Under the pieces are notes generated by a model. That model was not told the origin of the DNA. It ran no database searches and worked only from the letters and a program-made list of their open reading frames with translations. Of a stretch of 64,000 nucleotides of DNA, positions 11,941 to 25,324 are shown in pieces. The DNA is from Adineta vaga (lineage: Eukaryota > Animalia > Rotifera), in contig CP075496.1 of NCBI GenBank assembly GCA_021613535.1, forward strand, positions 1,426,001 to 1,490,000. The letters are read 5' to 3'. The position numbers and the translations under genes are program-made. How positions within the stretch are numbered: the stretch's first letter is position 1; the number at the start of each line of letters is the position of its first letter.

Positions 11941-14900
11941 ATGAATGTTTTAAATCATAATGATATTAATATACAGTGCTGTGAAAAATTATAGAATCAC
12001 ATCGCTACAATCGATGCATTGTCTTAACTTGGCCCATATGAGTTATCCAAAGTAATCGAGTCTATGCTACTTTATACATTTAGACATGCTCTATCTGAAT
12101 ATATAATCAGTCTTTCGGAAATCAACTGTTCAGTTGGAGAGAGAAGCTATTTCTCAAAATTCATCAGTTTCTGGCTGTGAAAAATTATAGAATCACTTCA
12201 CTGTTTATCGTTCTTTTATACCAAAACGACTTCGGTTTGGACTGTAAACTATATATATGGGTAGTGCTTCTCGAGATGTACACTTTCATTAAAAAAAAGT
12301 TGGGAAGGTATTTATATTAGATCTGTAAATGAGGTATTAATCTCTAAGCCAAAACGGCTGGAAAGCACCATATGAGGACAGGATTTTGAAGTGGGTGAGC
12401 AGAATAGAAACGAAATTCACATTTTGTGTTCAGAGTTCTATAGAGAGCATATTTGGCAACAAGATGGAGCATTCAGAAAGTCAAAGAATCATTTTCTCTT
12501 CCATTTGAGTACGGTAACATGGAATATTACTGAGATCGAAAAAATATCGAATTCATATGTGACTATAGGCGCGTCATTTTTTTTGTCGTATACATATGTA
12601 TTTTCGAATATAACGTTAATCTACACTGCGAATACACGTATACTTTAGGACGCATGAAAAAAAAGACATTATTTTCAAGAGAAAGGATTATCTGCAGGAC
12701 TTCCTAGTAATGCACTTTTTTATCCAAACGATATGTTTCCTTGTGAGCGTCATGAGATGAAGGAGAAAATAATTGATCGACCTTCTGAATGCTCCATCTT
12801 GTTGCCAAATATGCTCTCTATAGAACTCTGAACACAAAATGTGAATTTCGTTTCTATTCTGCTCACCCACTTCAAAATCCTGTCCTCATATGGTGCTTTC
12901 CAGCCGTTTTGGCTTAGAGATTAATACCTCATTTACAGATCTAATATAAATACCTTCCCAACTTTTTTTTAATGAAAGTGTACATCTCGAGAAGCACTAC
13001 CCATATATATAGTTTACAGTCCAAACCGAAGTCGTTTTGGTATAAAAGAACGATAAACAGTGAAGTGATTCTATAATTTTTCACAGCCAGAAACTGATGA
13101 ATTTTGAGAAATAGCTTCTCTCTCCAACTGAACAGTTGATTTCCGAAAGACTGATTATATATTCAGATAGAGCATGTCTAAATGTATAAAGTAGCATAGA
13201 CTCGATTACTTTGGATAACTCATATGGGCCAAGTTAAGACAATGCATCGATTGTAGCGATGTGATTCTATAATTTTTCACAGCACTGTACTAGATCTATC
13301 AGATGAAATGTTACTTGCCATTTTTAATAAATTGAATGCGATTGATATGTTCTATTCGTTGGTAGATGTAAATCAACGATTTGATCGATTGGCACTTGAT
13401 CCTCTCTTTGTTTATCATCTCAGTTTTGTCATTAAACCAGATGATATCCATAGTTCTTCAGCAGATATTGAAATTTCACGAATTTGTTCGAAAATCTTAC
13501 CTCGAATTAATGAGAAAATAACCAAACTCACTCTAGAATCACAATATTTTGAGTATGTTATTAATGCTGTTAGTTATCCTTGGCTTCATTCATTATCATT
13601 AGCCAATTATGAACCGGAAATACTTATACAGCATTTATCAGGTACATGTTTGATTTTTCAATTAATTTTATTAATTATTTATATTTCAGATAAAACAATG
13701 CAACACCTTCTTACTAATCAAATTACACATATGATTGTCGATGTTGACATTGAGAATGCTGTAATACCAATTAGAAAGCAAGCAGATATATTTCTAATCA
13801 TCTTATTAATGAGTAAACGTTTGAGTGATTTCGCTTTTTTCAAAAGTCGTCAGAAAAATATTTATCTGTTGCATTTTTGAATAATTTATATACAGATTCT
13901 TTTTTTCAACTCTCACTAAATTGACAATAAATGTCAATAGTTTTGATGATTGTCTTTATCTCCTTAATGGATGTCTCAAATCTTTATCTTCATTAATTAT
14001 TCGTATCAAGGAAATTACTCGTTCAATATCGAAAATAGATCGTACAGTAAGTATTAGTACAATCATTAAATACATATAAATTTATCTTTTAAGCCTAATA
14101 ATCGTTTCATTTTCTTTAGAGAGAACTACTTAAATTAAAACATTTCTCATTAACATCAGATTTTCATACACGTTGTTATGATACAGAAGTTGTTCCGTTA
14201 CTTCGTCGAATGTTGAATCTTGAAGAATTATCATTATTTCTTTTAGTCAGAAGTAAATTTGTTTATATTGATGGTGATCAGTTATACGATGAAATTCTTA
14301 ATTATATGCCACAACTAAACAAATTTATATTCCATATACACACCCTTATTATGATGTACAATCTTTATATGGAAAGTAATATTATAATGTTGATTTTCCA
14401 TCGAATGATGATATTCGAAGTAGTTTTATTAAAAGAGGATTTAAATCAATTGATGCATTTGCCGATGATAAACTTGTCAACAACATGGCCTATTGTCATG
14501 TTTATTCGCTTCCATATCAATTCAACGAACTCTTATATCTGAGTAGTTGTTTTCAAGGTGGAAAGTTCGATAACGTTCGATTGTTAACAATGTTTGATGT
14601 GCGTTCATTTGAACATGAATTATTCAAAATTATCTCTCAAGACTTTTCTTTTCTTCAACAGTTATCTATATATAATAGTTATCGACAAATGAATGAGCAA
14701 CATCATTCATGTAAATTGATTACATTCAATCATCTGTTTAAACTTAATATTTCCTGTGCACATGATAACTACGTTACGCAATTTCTTTCCAATAAAATCA
14801 CTCGTTTACCGTGTTTAACAAATCTCACAATCTGGTATCCAGCATTACTAAGTGTAACAAAGAATTTTACTAATGATGACACTCGTCTCAATTGTTCAAA

Positions 14901-14973
14901 AATTAAATATCTCGTTACACATGAACCGTTTGTTCGTTCACAAAATTTTGTTTCATATTTTCCTTCTCTGTAA
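11941..14973 (+). pseudogene. F-box/LRR-like gene interrupted by a DNA transposon, with further frameshifts
   Basis: Removing 11974-13289 restores MNVLNHNDINI|LDLSDEMLLAIFNKLNAIDMFYSLVDVNQRFDRL in frame. Frame breaks remain near 13850-13890 and 14350-14390. Confidence 0.85.
11974..13287. mobile_element. Non-autonomous Tc1/mariner-type element, 1314 bp, ~505-bp terminal inverted repeats with IR-DR structure, TA target duplication
   Basis: Termini TA|CAGTG...CACTG|TA. Arms 11974-12478 and 12783-13287 are reverse complements. A 23-bp direct repeat gctgtgaaaaattatagaatcac occurs twice per arm (11978, 12174). No transposase ORF. Confidence 0.95.
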
Positions 14974-15619
14974 AAATTACTTCCTTTCTATGAATCATTT
15001 GAATAAGAAGAACAAATACAATAAAGAAATTAACACACATTTCATCTTATGATATACATAACGAAGAATGTTTTTTTTGTCTGTCTATCCTTTATGCATT
15101 TGTTCTCTAAGATAGGCTAGTCGAACCAAACTTTAAGTAGAAGGTCAAAAGATATTTGTTGTCCTAATTTCTGACCTCCTGATTCACCATAGTATATGCA
15201 TATCTAGAACTAAATATATTCCTATCTATATCTATGGTACGTATGATATTATCTATTTCTTTTTGAAGATTCATTCATATTATATAAGTATAATTAGGCC
15301 ACGCATGATTTTTTTGTATTTTAGTGTCTAAATATGAGTTATCTGGATCAACATCACTTTGTCAAATATCAAATTGCTTTCACAATAATTAATTCAACTC
15401 TGATTGCAATTAATTAATTAAAACAAATATAGATGAAAGTTTAACGACATCTACAGTTCAAATTGATTGGATATTAGTGTACACCACCTTCTATTGACAT
15501 ATGATTCATCAATGAAAAAAATAGTAATCGTCATCACCATACGTAGTCTTCCTTCAATCATTGTACTTATAATACTTTGTGTCTTTATTGAAACAAAAAA
15601 ATCAAGTATCTAATTTATC

Positions 15620-18600
15620 ATGACTAGTAGTTGGTGGAATTCTACCGGTGCTAGTAATTTCACGCGTGGTCTTACTTCCATAACTGGACAGTTATCGAAT
15701 AATTTCAAAGATATTTTATCCGAAGCTAGTGAAGAAACATATGATCCAGTTGCTGAATTAACACGTGCACGACACCAAATCGAAGATCTTGAATTGAGAA
15801 AACAAACATTAGTAGAAGAAGTAAGATTTAATGAATGAAATTGATTCTTTTCCAATAGATTCTTTGTGGTATTTAGTGTACATCATTGAAAAAACAATGC
15901 GATGAATTAACGATGCAAAAACAAGCTGTTGAAATCAAATCTGATATGTTATTAGCTGAAAGTCGTCGAATTATTGATGAAAAAGATGTAAGTTTTTTCG
16001 AATATGAGAAAAGAAACATGCCGCCTTTGATACTATTGTATAATGAAAAAATGTCATTGTGTTGTCAATCATGTGATGAACATTTTTTCAATAATAGACA
16101 TTCATTCAAGGCTAAAGTCACGTAGGTTATTCAATCTAATTATAGTAGAATTTTTATCGAAGACCAGCAAGTCTTCGAGGAAGTTATGCAGAAGTTAGTT
16201 TCTACATTGTTTTGTTATCGGGCAAGTGAAGATATCTGTTTTAAGTAGAATAGTTTACTTTCTAAACATTCTTACGTTGGTATTTTGTAAAAGAATGAAA
16301 TCTAATGTCCTTCAAGATGAAAATGATGATATACTTGTCACGGACTGTTACACAAAGAGAAGAATACAGTTGAGAAATAGACATACTACTTCAATCGAAC
16401 GTTTCATCCTTGACAAATAAACTATTTTTTCAATGTTTTTAAAATCTTGTTTCATTAGTACTTATCGTTATAAAATACGATTCATTCCCGGTGCGAGTTT
16501 TTTAGATTATCGTCAGTATGAGGTAAATATCTACATCATTCTTTTACACACTAAAACTTTAGAAGAAAATCGATACACACAAAATCAAGTTATATCATAT
16601 TGTACGATATTGTCTATTTAGAATGAATTAAAACGTCTTCGTGAAAATACTAATGTTGGTACATGGAATAATACTACTGATCTAAATAATACTTGGACTG
16701 ATATTTTAGAAGGTAATCTCGAGAGGTGTATTTTATTTAAAGTTGTCTATGAACATTTCTTTAGATGATCAACCGGAAATCAATGAATATCTTCGATATC
16801 AACGAACGATACGTGATTTAAAAGATGAAAATAGTCATTTACGTGATGAAATGGCTAATTTACGAAAAACATTCAAAGCACAACAATTAGAACGAGATCA
16901 AGTAGGTTTATCAATGATTTATTGGTGAAAATAAAACAAATGTTTTGTAATTAGTCTCGTCGAGAAAATGAAATGAATCAACTTGAACAGTTACATGCCG
17001 AACAGATGGCAAAGAGTCGACGAGATTATGATGAACAGATACAAAAATTACAATCACGTATTACAGAATTAGAAGAATGGAATAAAAATCATCAAGGTTT
17101 GAAATGTTCTTTTTTCTTAAAAATTTTCTTAACTGATCTTTCTTTTCCCTTTTAGATGAAGAATTACGAAAATCGATGGAAGTACAAAAAGATGTGGTAG
17201 GTTTTGTATTCATATCATTTGTAAAAAAAGACAATTTTCTTCTTTTTATATCGAATAGGACGATGTTGATAAAGATCTTCTCTCTCAAGAACTTGAACAA
17301 GCCAATCAAAAATTAAATTGGTACAATGAAAAATTCAAAGACTATTCCGATTTACAATCCAACATGGATCTTTTAATAACAAATAACAAACAATTAGAAA
17401 GTGAATTACAACTTGAACAACAAAATCATCGATCAGCTTTAGAACGTCTTGAACAATTACAAACCAATCAAGAAGGTAAACTAAAACGAAATTATTTTCA
17501 ATTTTCGATTGATTTCATTGAATTGTTTAGTTGTCAATAATATCGATGAACTCAATCGTCTTCTCAATGAAGAACGACAACGTTGTGATGCTCTTGCTGC
17601 TGATAATGATTCAATGTTTCGTCTTTTGGAAGAAACTCGTACACAACATGAAAGTAATATCAAAGCAAAAGATGAACAAATTGAAGATTTGAAATCTCAA
17701 ATAACTAATCTTCATACACAATTCCAAATTGAAGTAAGACATTTATCTTTCTTAATGATTAGTATTCGTTTTTCCTTTTTTTTTCAAAGAAAAGTGACCA
17801 TGAAAAAGAGAAAAATGATTTTATGTCTCAAATTCATGATTTACAACAATTTCAAGAGCAACAATTAGGAAAACAAACAGAGGTTAGTTGAATAGAAGAT
17901 TGGTTTTAATCGAATTTTATTTTTTCGTATTTTTTTTAAAGGAAGAAGAAAGTCATATGAAAGAATCGAAAGTACGAGAAATGTTAGAAAGACAATTAAT
18001 TGAAGTGAATGAAGATTTACAAACATTAGAAAATGAAAAAACTGAATTATACAATCAAATCGATGATTTAAAAGATCAATTACAACTCAAAGAAAGACAA
18101 CTTCAAGCAATTGAAGTTTGTATTTCTAAAATTCTTGATAAAATAATTTCAAATATTGAATATTCATTCTAGAATTCAACAACAACAACAACGCCTGGTT
18201 CTCCATCCGTCATGTCTTCATCTCCCGATATTCGTGCACGTTCACCATCTCCTCAAACATTCGAACATTTACTTGAATTAGAAGCTCAAATACTTCGAAA
18301 TGAACAAGAATTTCGTGAATTCAATTCTATCTACGATCGATTTGTTACTCTTTTACCCATTGAACTTTCTTCAACAGATAATAATCAATTATCTCTTTCC
18401 GATCGATTCACGAATTTATTCGAACAATGGTCAACTTATGTTGATACACTTTCCATAACACAACAAGAACTCGATTCAGTCAAACAATTACTCATCGAAA
18501 AACAAGATGATCTTGAAAAACTTCAATTCGATTTAGATTTAACAACAACGAAACTAATCGAATTACAAGAACAACAACCATCATTATCTTCATCACATGG

Positions 18601-21111
18601 AAATCATTCGAATAATGAGGAAGAAAATGAAGATGAAATTGAACATATTCTTGAATTACATCAATTTTCACAACGTGCACCATCAAGACAATCGATTGTT
18701 TCAAGTACACCTGGTGAAAAACAACAATTAATTGCACAGAATGAATTACTTTCTTCATTATTAGCAGAAAAAGATCGAGAATTAATATCATTACAACAAG
18801 CAGAAAAAACACGTGAAGATTTAGTAAAAAATTTAGAAATCTTAAAGAAAAATCTTCAACAAATGGAACTTGATAAAGAAATGAAACAAGTTGAATTGAA
18901 TGAAATTCGAAATGTCTTAGATGAGAAATTACGTGAAACTTCTTCATTAAAAAAAGAAAAAATGTATTTTATTGATAAACTTGCTGAATTAGAACGAGAA
19001 AAACAAGAACAACAATCAATTATTCAAGTTTCACCTAAACAACAAACATCCCAAGATGAAGATAAACCATCAACACCAATTATATCAAACAAAGAAGACG
19101 TAAATGAACAAGTTCATACTCAAGAACAATACGAAAAACTTCGTTCTGATTACGATCAACTTGTTGAATTTTCCAAAAAACAACACGATGAATCTGTATC
19201 CTATTACAATGAATATTCTCGTATTCTTTCACTACATAATGAATTAAATACAAAACATAGTCAATTACAAATTGATTATGAATCTCTTCAATCATTAATT
19301 CAACAGAAAAATGAAGGATATCTTCAATGTCAAAATGAATTGAATAATTATCAAAATCTTCTCTATCATGAAAAGAAAAAATCGGAAGAAAACGAAATTT
19401 TACGTTCAACATTAATAGAACGTGATGCCAAGTTGCAACAATTAATCGATAATGAAACGAAACTTCTTGTTAAACAATCCGAATTAGAACGTGATGTCAA
19501 ATTATTAGAACAAACAAATTTCGAATTAAAATCAACTGAACAATCATTCATCGAACAATTAGAAGAATCCAATCCAGAACAGATGAATTTTCATTTACAA
19601 CAAATTACTAATGAACGTGATTCTGCGTTGAGAGAGAAAAAACAATTAGAAAATGAAATGGAATTAATTCGACAAAAGGTTTAATTGCTTGAATTCTTAT
19701 CGATAAAGATAATTTACTTTTACTATTCTAGTTGTTACAATTCGAAGAACGTGAACGAAAATCTTCCAATGAAATCGAACGATTACGTAATCATCTATTG
19801 AAAATGGAAGAATCCTATACAAGTGATTTAATTGCTGCTGAAGATCGAGAAAAAACATTACGAAATCAAATTGCACAATTAGAAGATTCAAATCGTGGAC
19901 AAAATGAACTTATTCAACAATTAAATACAAGTGGAGAACAATCAAAACAAACGTTAGCAACTGAATTAGGAACATTAAAATATGAATATACGAAACTTGA
20001 AGCATCACATACAAATTTAAATAATCAATTACAATATCAAATGAAATGTTCACAAAATTTACAAAATGTTCTCGAACAATTCAAACGAGGTAAAGATGAT
20101 AGAGAGTCTGTGAGTGTGACGTATTTTTTTTATCCTTTTTGTTTTTCTTAGAACGTGAACAACATCTTAATGAACATTTACGTCAATATCAAGATGCATT
20201 ACGTGAACAAACATCAATAGCGGCACGTTTAACAACTGAAAATAATGAAATTCGTACACGTTTAGCTGAATATAATGAAGCTTTATCTGCTGCACATCGT
20301 TTAAATGATCAAATTGAAAAGAAAGATGCGTTATTAACAACACTTCGAAATGAAATTTATGAGAAAGATAAATTAATTCAACAATATGAATATAATCTAC
20401 GTGATTTACAATCAACAAGTGGTTCGCGTGTAGAAAAACAGCTTGTGAAAAATATTCTTCTTTCATTCTTTCATACACCTGTTGATAAACGACAAGAAGT
20501 TATTCCACTTCTAGGTGCATTAGTTGGTTTTACTCAAGAAGAATATCGAAAAGCTATTGATGCAACATCAACAAATAATAGTAATCAAGGCAAAGGAGGA
20601 TCTGGTTGGTTAACTGGATGGTTAGCTGGAAGTCCAACAGGTCCAGGAGCAAATCCAGCTAGAACAAGAACACAATCAGAAACACCAGTCTATGATCCAA
20701 ATAAAGTATTGAAGAAAAACATTCATCGTGTTTGAAAGATTCATTTTTATTTTATTTTAGTCATTTGCTGAATTATTGATTCAATTTGTCGATCAACAAT
20801 CAGCTAACAATCCTCAACATCCAGCGGCAAAATTCAATACCGAAGAATATCTTCAACGATTTGATGGTAATCTAGGAGGTGCTAGTGGTCATTCACTAAG
20901 GAAGCCATCGTTATCTGCATCAGCAAATCCATTTGTGAATTCTCCACATTTATCTCTAAATCGGCAAGTTCCTCCTGTTGTTTTATCTACAACAAATCCA
21001 ACTAGTCTTAATTTACCACCACCACCACCACCTCCTTCATCATCTACACCGACGTCAACAACTTCTGAATCATCATCATCAACTATTCTCAAAGATTTAT
21101 TGAAATCTTGA
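15620..21111 (+). CDS. TRIP11: Golgin GMAP-210 / thyroid receptor-interacting protein 11 (multi-exon)
   Basis: N-terminus MTSSWW...LTSITGQLSNNFKDILSE, a long coiled coil, and a GRAB domain VEKQLVKNILLSFFHTPVDKRQEVIPLLGALVGF followed by GWLTGWL and SFAELLIQF. Confidence 0.88.
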
Positions 21112-21374
21112 AGGATTATTCTTTGAAAAAATGTTGTTTATTTCTATTTTGAAAATTATTTATTTTATCTGTTCGCAATTTAACTTACACTATTGTTTAT
21201 AAATATCTGTTTTTCTTTTTCTTTTATTTGCTGTCGGTCATTTTTTTTTCTTTTTCATTTCTTCTCTTCATTCGTTATCTTGTTTTCTTTTCTCATCAGA
21301 TCGGCCTTGGCTACGATGTCGTATTTTTTCTCTTGTAGATTTTAACTTTAGAACAAATTACAAACAAGCCAATC

Positions 21375-22241
21375 ATGGTAATGTTAAAAAAAACGAATCT
21401 ATTGATTTTCAATAGAAAGAATTCATCTTGTATATTCTAGGCATATCATTCATCGTTCGATAAAAGTAAATTTCGTGTAGGAAATATGGCTTTATTACCT
21501 ATTCGAACACGTTATAGTGGTCCAGCTCCAAATGAAACATGTAAGCTGTGATTGACAGATGTTCGTGTGTTTATTGTTGTCGTTTTTTTTAGCAAATGAG
21601 AATGAGGATATTATTGATGAAGCAATCAAATATTTTCGAGCAAATATTTTCTTTCGTAATTATGATATTAAAGTAAGTTTCTTTGATATTTGTTGATGTT
21701 TCCCTATTTTATTTCTTATTAAAGAATGATGCTGATCGAACATTAATCTATTTGACATTATATATAACCGAATGTTTACGTCGTCTTCAAAAAGTAAATT
21801 TATTTTTTCTATTCGAATTCAAATTCAGATATATTTCTATTTCAGTGTCAATCGCGTACTCAAGCGCAAAAAGAATTAACGGCATTATCTATTTCAACAT
21901 TTCCAATACCAGGTGATAGTGACTTTCCATTGAATGGCATGTTTTCTAAACCAACACATGACGAAGTTGGTGAGTAATCATACGATTTTCTTATGATGTA
22001 ATCAATATTTGAACAATTGTATTGTAGATAAAATGAAACAATATCTTGAACAATTACGTAAAGAATGTAGTGATCGTATGGTTGATCGAGTCATCGATCC
22101 AGAAACGGATAAACCATCAAAAGTAAAAGAAATATCTTTCTCTTTCAGTTTTAATAAGATTGAAATCTGATTTAGTGGTGGCTTTGCTTTGTTCGTCGTC
22201 GTTTTATGGATAAAAGTTTATTAAATATTGGTTCATTATAA
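21375..22241 (+). CDS. ARPC3: Arp2/3 complex subunit 3 (p21-Arc)
   Basis: Spliced sequence M|AYHSSF...[17 protein letters not shown]...[22 protein letters not shown]|[18 protein letters not shown]...[12 protein letters not shown]...KPSK|[15 protein letters not shown]. Confidence 0.96.
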
Positions 22242-22393
22242 CAAATGAGAATTTAATTCCATAAAAGATTTATTCAAACAAACAAAAAAAGTTTCTTTTA
22301 TCTGTGCCTTCATTTTACATTCGATTCAACTAACTACTGTTATCTATCTTTTCTTTTATATTTACTCATCATTGATTTAATAAATCGATTGTA

Positions 22394-22996
22394 TTAAACA
22401 AAACAATGTTCTTTAGAAATTTGATAATCAATATCAAATTGAATTGTTGTAGAACGAATATGTCCTTCATCGGACCATTTATAATACATACCTTTTTGAA
22501 ATTGTTCATTCGAATTAATATCGGATGAAAATATCAATTGAAGTAAACAATTTTCTCCACGAATATTTAATTTTAATGACTGTTCTTCGATAAAATAAAC
22601 TAATAGAATAGGTTTTATTTGTTGAATGCTTATTCGAGCAGAATAAGGTAAACGTTTACATGAATGAAATTCAATGAGATTAGCTGACATCTGTTCGGTT
22701 TGATCTTTTGGTAAACGTAGATTTAAATACATTTGTTTTATATTTCGCATCCAATAGAACTTTCGTGGTTGACGAACACGTAAATAATGATTGATTCGAA
22801 TCGATTCACGATTGACATTTGTTGAATTTGAATAAGATGAAAGAGATAGAAGTGTACAATTTAATACAAGTGGAATATGACAAATTTGATATAGATTTGA
22901 AAGACATTGATCTAAATGAACTTGTTCACTATTTGATAAATGAATATCTGGTTCGTGAGAAATTGTTAAAATCTTTCTATAATTATCATAGTTCAT
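22394..22996 (-). CDS. Uncharacterised 200-aa single-exon protein
   Basis: ATG-initiated 603-nt ORF in AT-rich DNA, divergent from the H2A gene. No motif recognised. Confidence 0.5.
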   Translation of the reverse strand: MNYDNYRKILTISHEPDIHLSNSEQVHLDQCLSNLYQICHIPLVLNCTLLSLSSYSNSTNVNRESIRINHYLRVRQPRKFYWMRNIKQMYLNLRLPKDQTEQMSANLIEFHSCKRLPYSARISIQQIKPILLVYFIEEQSLKLNIRGENCLLQLIFSSDINSNEQFQKGMYYKWSDEGHIRSTTIQFDIDYQISKEHCFV

Positions 22997-23226
22997 TCAT
23001 TCGAAATAAATTAAACAAAAAAACAAACTAGGCGCTGCATATTCGATAGAGAGTGTATTCTTTATCTACAAACGAATGTTTAAGACTAGGCAAAACTATC
23101 AGCCGTCCTATTTGTTTCTTGTTCTTCGAACAAAATCGTCGTTAGTAAAATGTAATACATCAGATATATATTCATTTATAATTGTTTTATTCGAACGATT
23201 AGTAAACATACAGAATCGAATATACA

Positions 23227-24308
23227 ATGAGTGGTCGAAGTAATACAACAGTTTCATCAGCTAAAAATAAAAGTAAAGAAAAACAAACTACCCGTAGTGG
23301 TCGAGCAGGTTTAACATTTCCCGTTGGTCGTGTAGTAAGTTTTTCGTCGTCATTGTAGTATTGAAAGTATGAAATCATATGGATTTTTCTTTAGCATCGT
23401 TATCTTAAACAAGGTAGTTATGGAGAACGAATTGGTCAAGGTGCACCAGTATACATGGGTAAGAAGAAGCATGTCTTTGTTCTTCATGTGAACATGTTGT
23501 TTCCTTTATTTTACATAGCCGCTGTCCTGGAATACTTGACTGCTGAAATTCTTGAATTAGGTTTGGTTTACTTTATGAAATAAACCTTTCTTTTTTTTCT
23601 ATCTATAAAATTTTCTTTCTAGCTGGGAATGCAGCACGTGATAATGAAAAAAAACGAATTATTCCTCGACATCTTCAATTAGCTATTCGTAATGATGAAG
23701 AATTGAATAAATTACTCGAAGGTGTAACCATTGGTAAGTTCGATTTGATTAAATCATCTTATCTATGGAAATACATTACATCGATTTTGTTACTATAGCT
23801 CAAGGTGGTGTCTTACCACATATTCGATCGGAACTTTTACCAAAGAAAACCAAAGGTGATGATGAAAATGCCGGTAGTATGGAATCTCAACGTGGTGCAC
23901 AAGGTCATCCGATGATGATGCAATCATCAGGAGGATCAATGGGAAATAGTAGTGGAAAGAAGAAGAGTATGCCTCCCGTGAAAAAAAGTCTTGCACCACC
24001 GACATCACAGAAAAAGTCAAATAAACCAAAACCAATGCAACAACAACAGCAACAGCAAAAGAATATCAAGACCGATCATGATGATGACGAAGATGATGAT
24101 GATGAAGATTCTGAAGATGAAGATTCTGAAGACGAAGTAAGATCATCATTTGACATTGAATGTACGATGAAACTGTCTATTTTATTGTCAATAGGATGAC
24201 GATATGACTGGCAATGGAAATACGGTTAGTAGTTCAAGTGCTTTGGCTACAACAACAGCTAATGATACAACAGCTGATGATGACGACGACGATGAAGATG
24301 AAGATTAA
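23227..24308 (+). CDS. Histone H2A variant (258 aa, 5 introns) with a ~133-aa basic/polyQ/acidic C-terminal tail
   Basis: Exons 23227-23334, 23395-23458, 23519-23560, 23623-23733, 23799-24136 and 24195-24308 (777 nt). Core [13 protein letters not shown]...[22 protein letters not shown]...[20 protein letters not shown]...AQGGVLPHI...LLPKK. Confidence 0.95.
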
Positions 24309-25324
24309 ATCAGTTTTGTTGCTGTTGTTTCTTACTCAAAATGCATAAATTTCTTCTCCACTTCTTTTCTTTCTTTCATCATCTTCTCAATGTGTATCAA
24401 TTTATTTATTTATTTATTTATTTATTTGTTGAATGAAGAATTAAAATAAAATATCCAATACGTTGTCTCACCTAATATTCTTTTCCTAAACGAACAGTGT
24501 AACAGTCAATGAGTGTTATGGTTCATCTGACTGATCCGTTCACTATGGGTTGACCTTCTCTTTGTCCTCTCATGTGTAACTCTTGACCTGTGTCTATAAA
24601 ATGCACTTTGAGTGCTGATTTAGCCAAATAAACATTGTGCCAAATGGCACAGACAGGCATTCATCCTCATTGGTCGTTACAAACAGCATTTGAATAATAG
24701 TTCTATTCATTTTGCACCATTTTATGCTTTGCTATCGTAGAAGATGATCACTTATTTCCATAATATGGCGAGACATGAATGTAGAAAATAAATAAAGAAT
24801 AGGGAGATGTTTTATCGTCGATAGAACATGTGTTTTTCTGACTTTTCGAAGAAGGAATAACATGTCGTACTACAATTGATATCTCCCTGGATGTGTATTA
24901 GAACTATAAACGCGCATTTCGACTATTTGTTTTACTCGTTCTTTTCTATTTCACACTCTGCCCAAGTCGAAAGGTAGATATGTTTGCGTCTCTTAATTGT
25001 TTTCGGACTTCTTGATGATAACATCATGAATAATCCTGACCAACACGTTCCCAGCTCGCCACCACCAATTCCGAAAATCAACATTCGACGAGACACGAAT
25101 GGGAACTATCACGTCGTTAAGAAACGCGAACAGACAAGGGCGTAGATCAACACGTTCCCGATGTAAATACAGAAAGGCGAAAATTCAAAAACATGAAGTG
25201 ACTATTGATGAAGATTAATAATAAAATTCATGCTTATAAAAGGTTATTCTACGTAGGTTAAGAATTTTCTTAAGTAAAAATCTCAATAATCGTTTTGTTT
25301 TTCCAGTATTGTATAATAATCACA

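Noticed and set aside
12391-12870. Duplicated MGEQNRNEIHILCSEF ORFs on opposite strands
   Set aside because: Artefact of the inverted repeat arms; GTG starts and no transposase motif.
13092-13115. CTGATGA...GAAA hammerhead-like core in the transposon arm
   Set aside because: The flanking stems do not pair.
14350-14390. Possible transposon excision footprint at the F-box frameshift
   Set aside because: Removing the TA-bounded 20 bp creates a stop codon, and the sequence does not match the CAG/CTG ends.
15610-21092. Several antisense ORFs within TRIP11 (and similar ones in other genes)
   Set aside because: Shadow ORFs of coding exons with biased codon usage.
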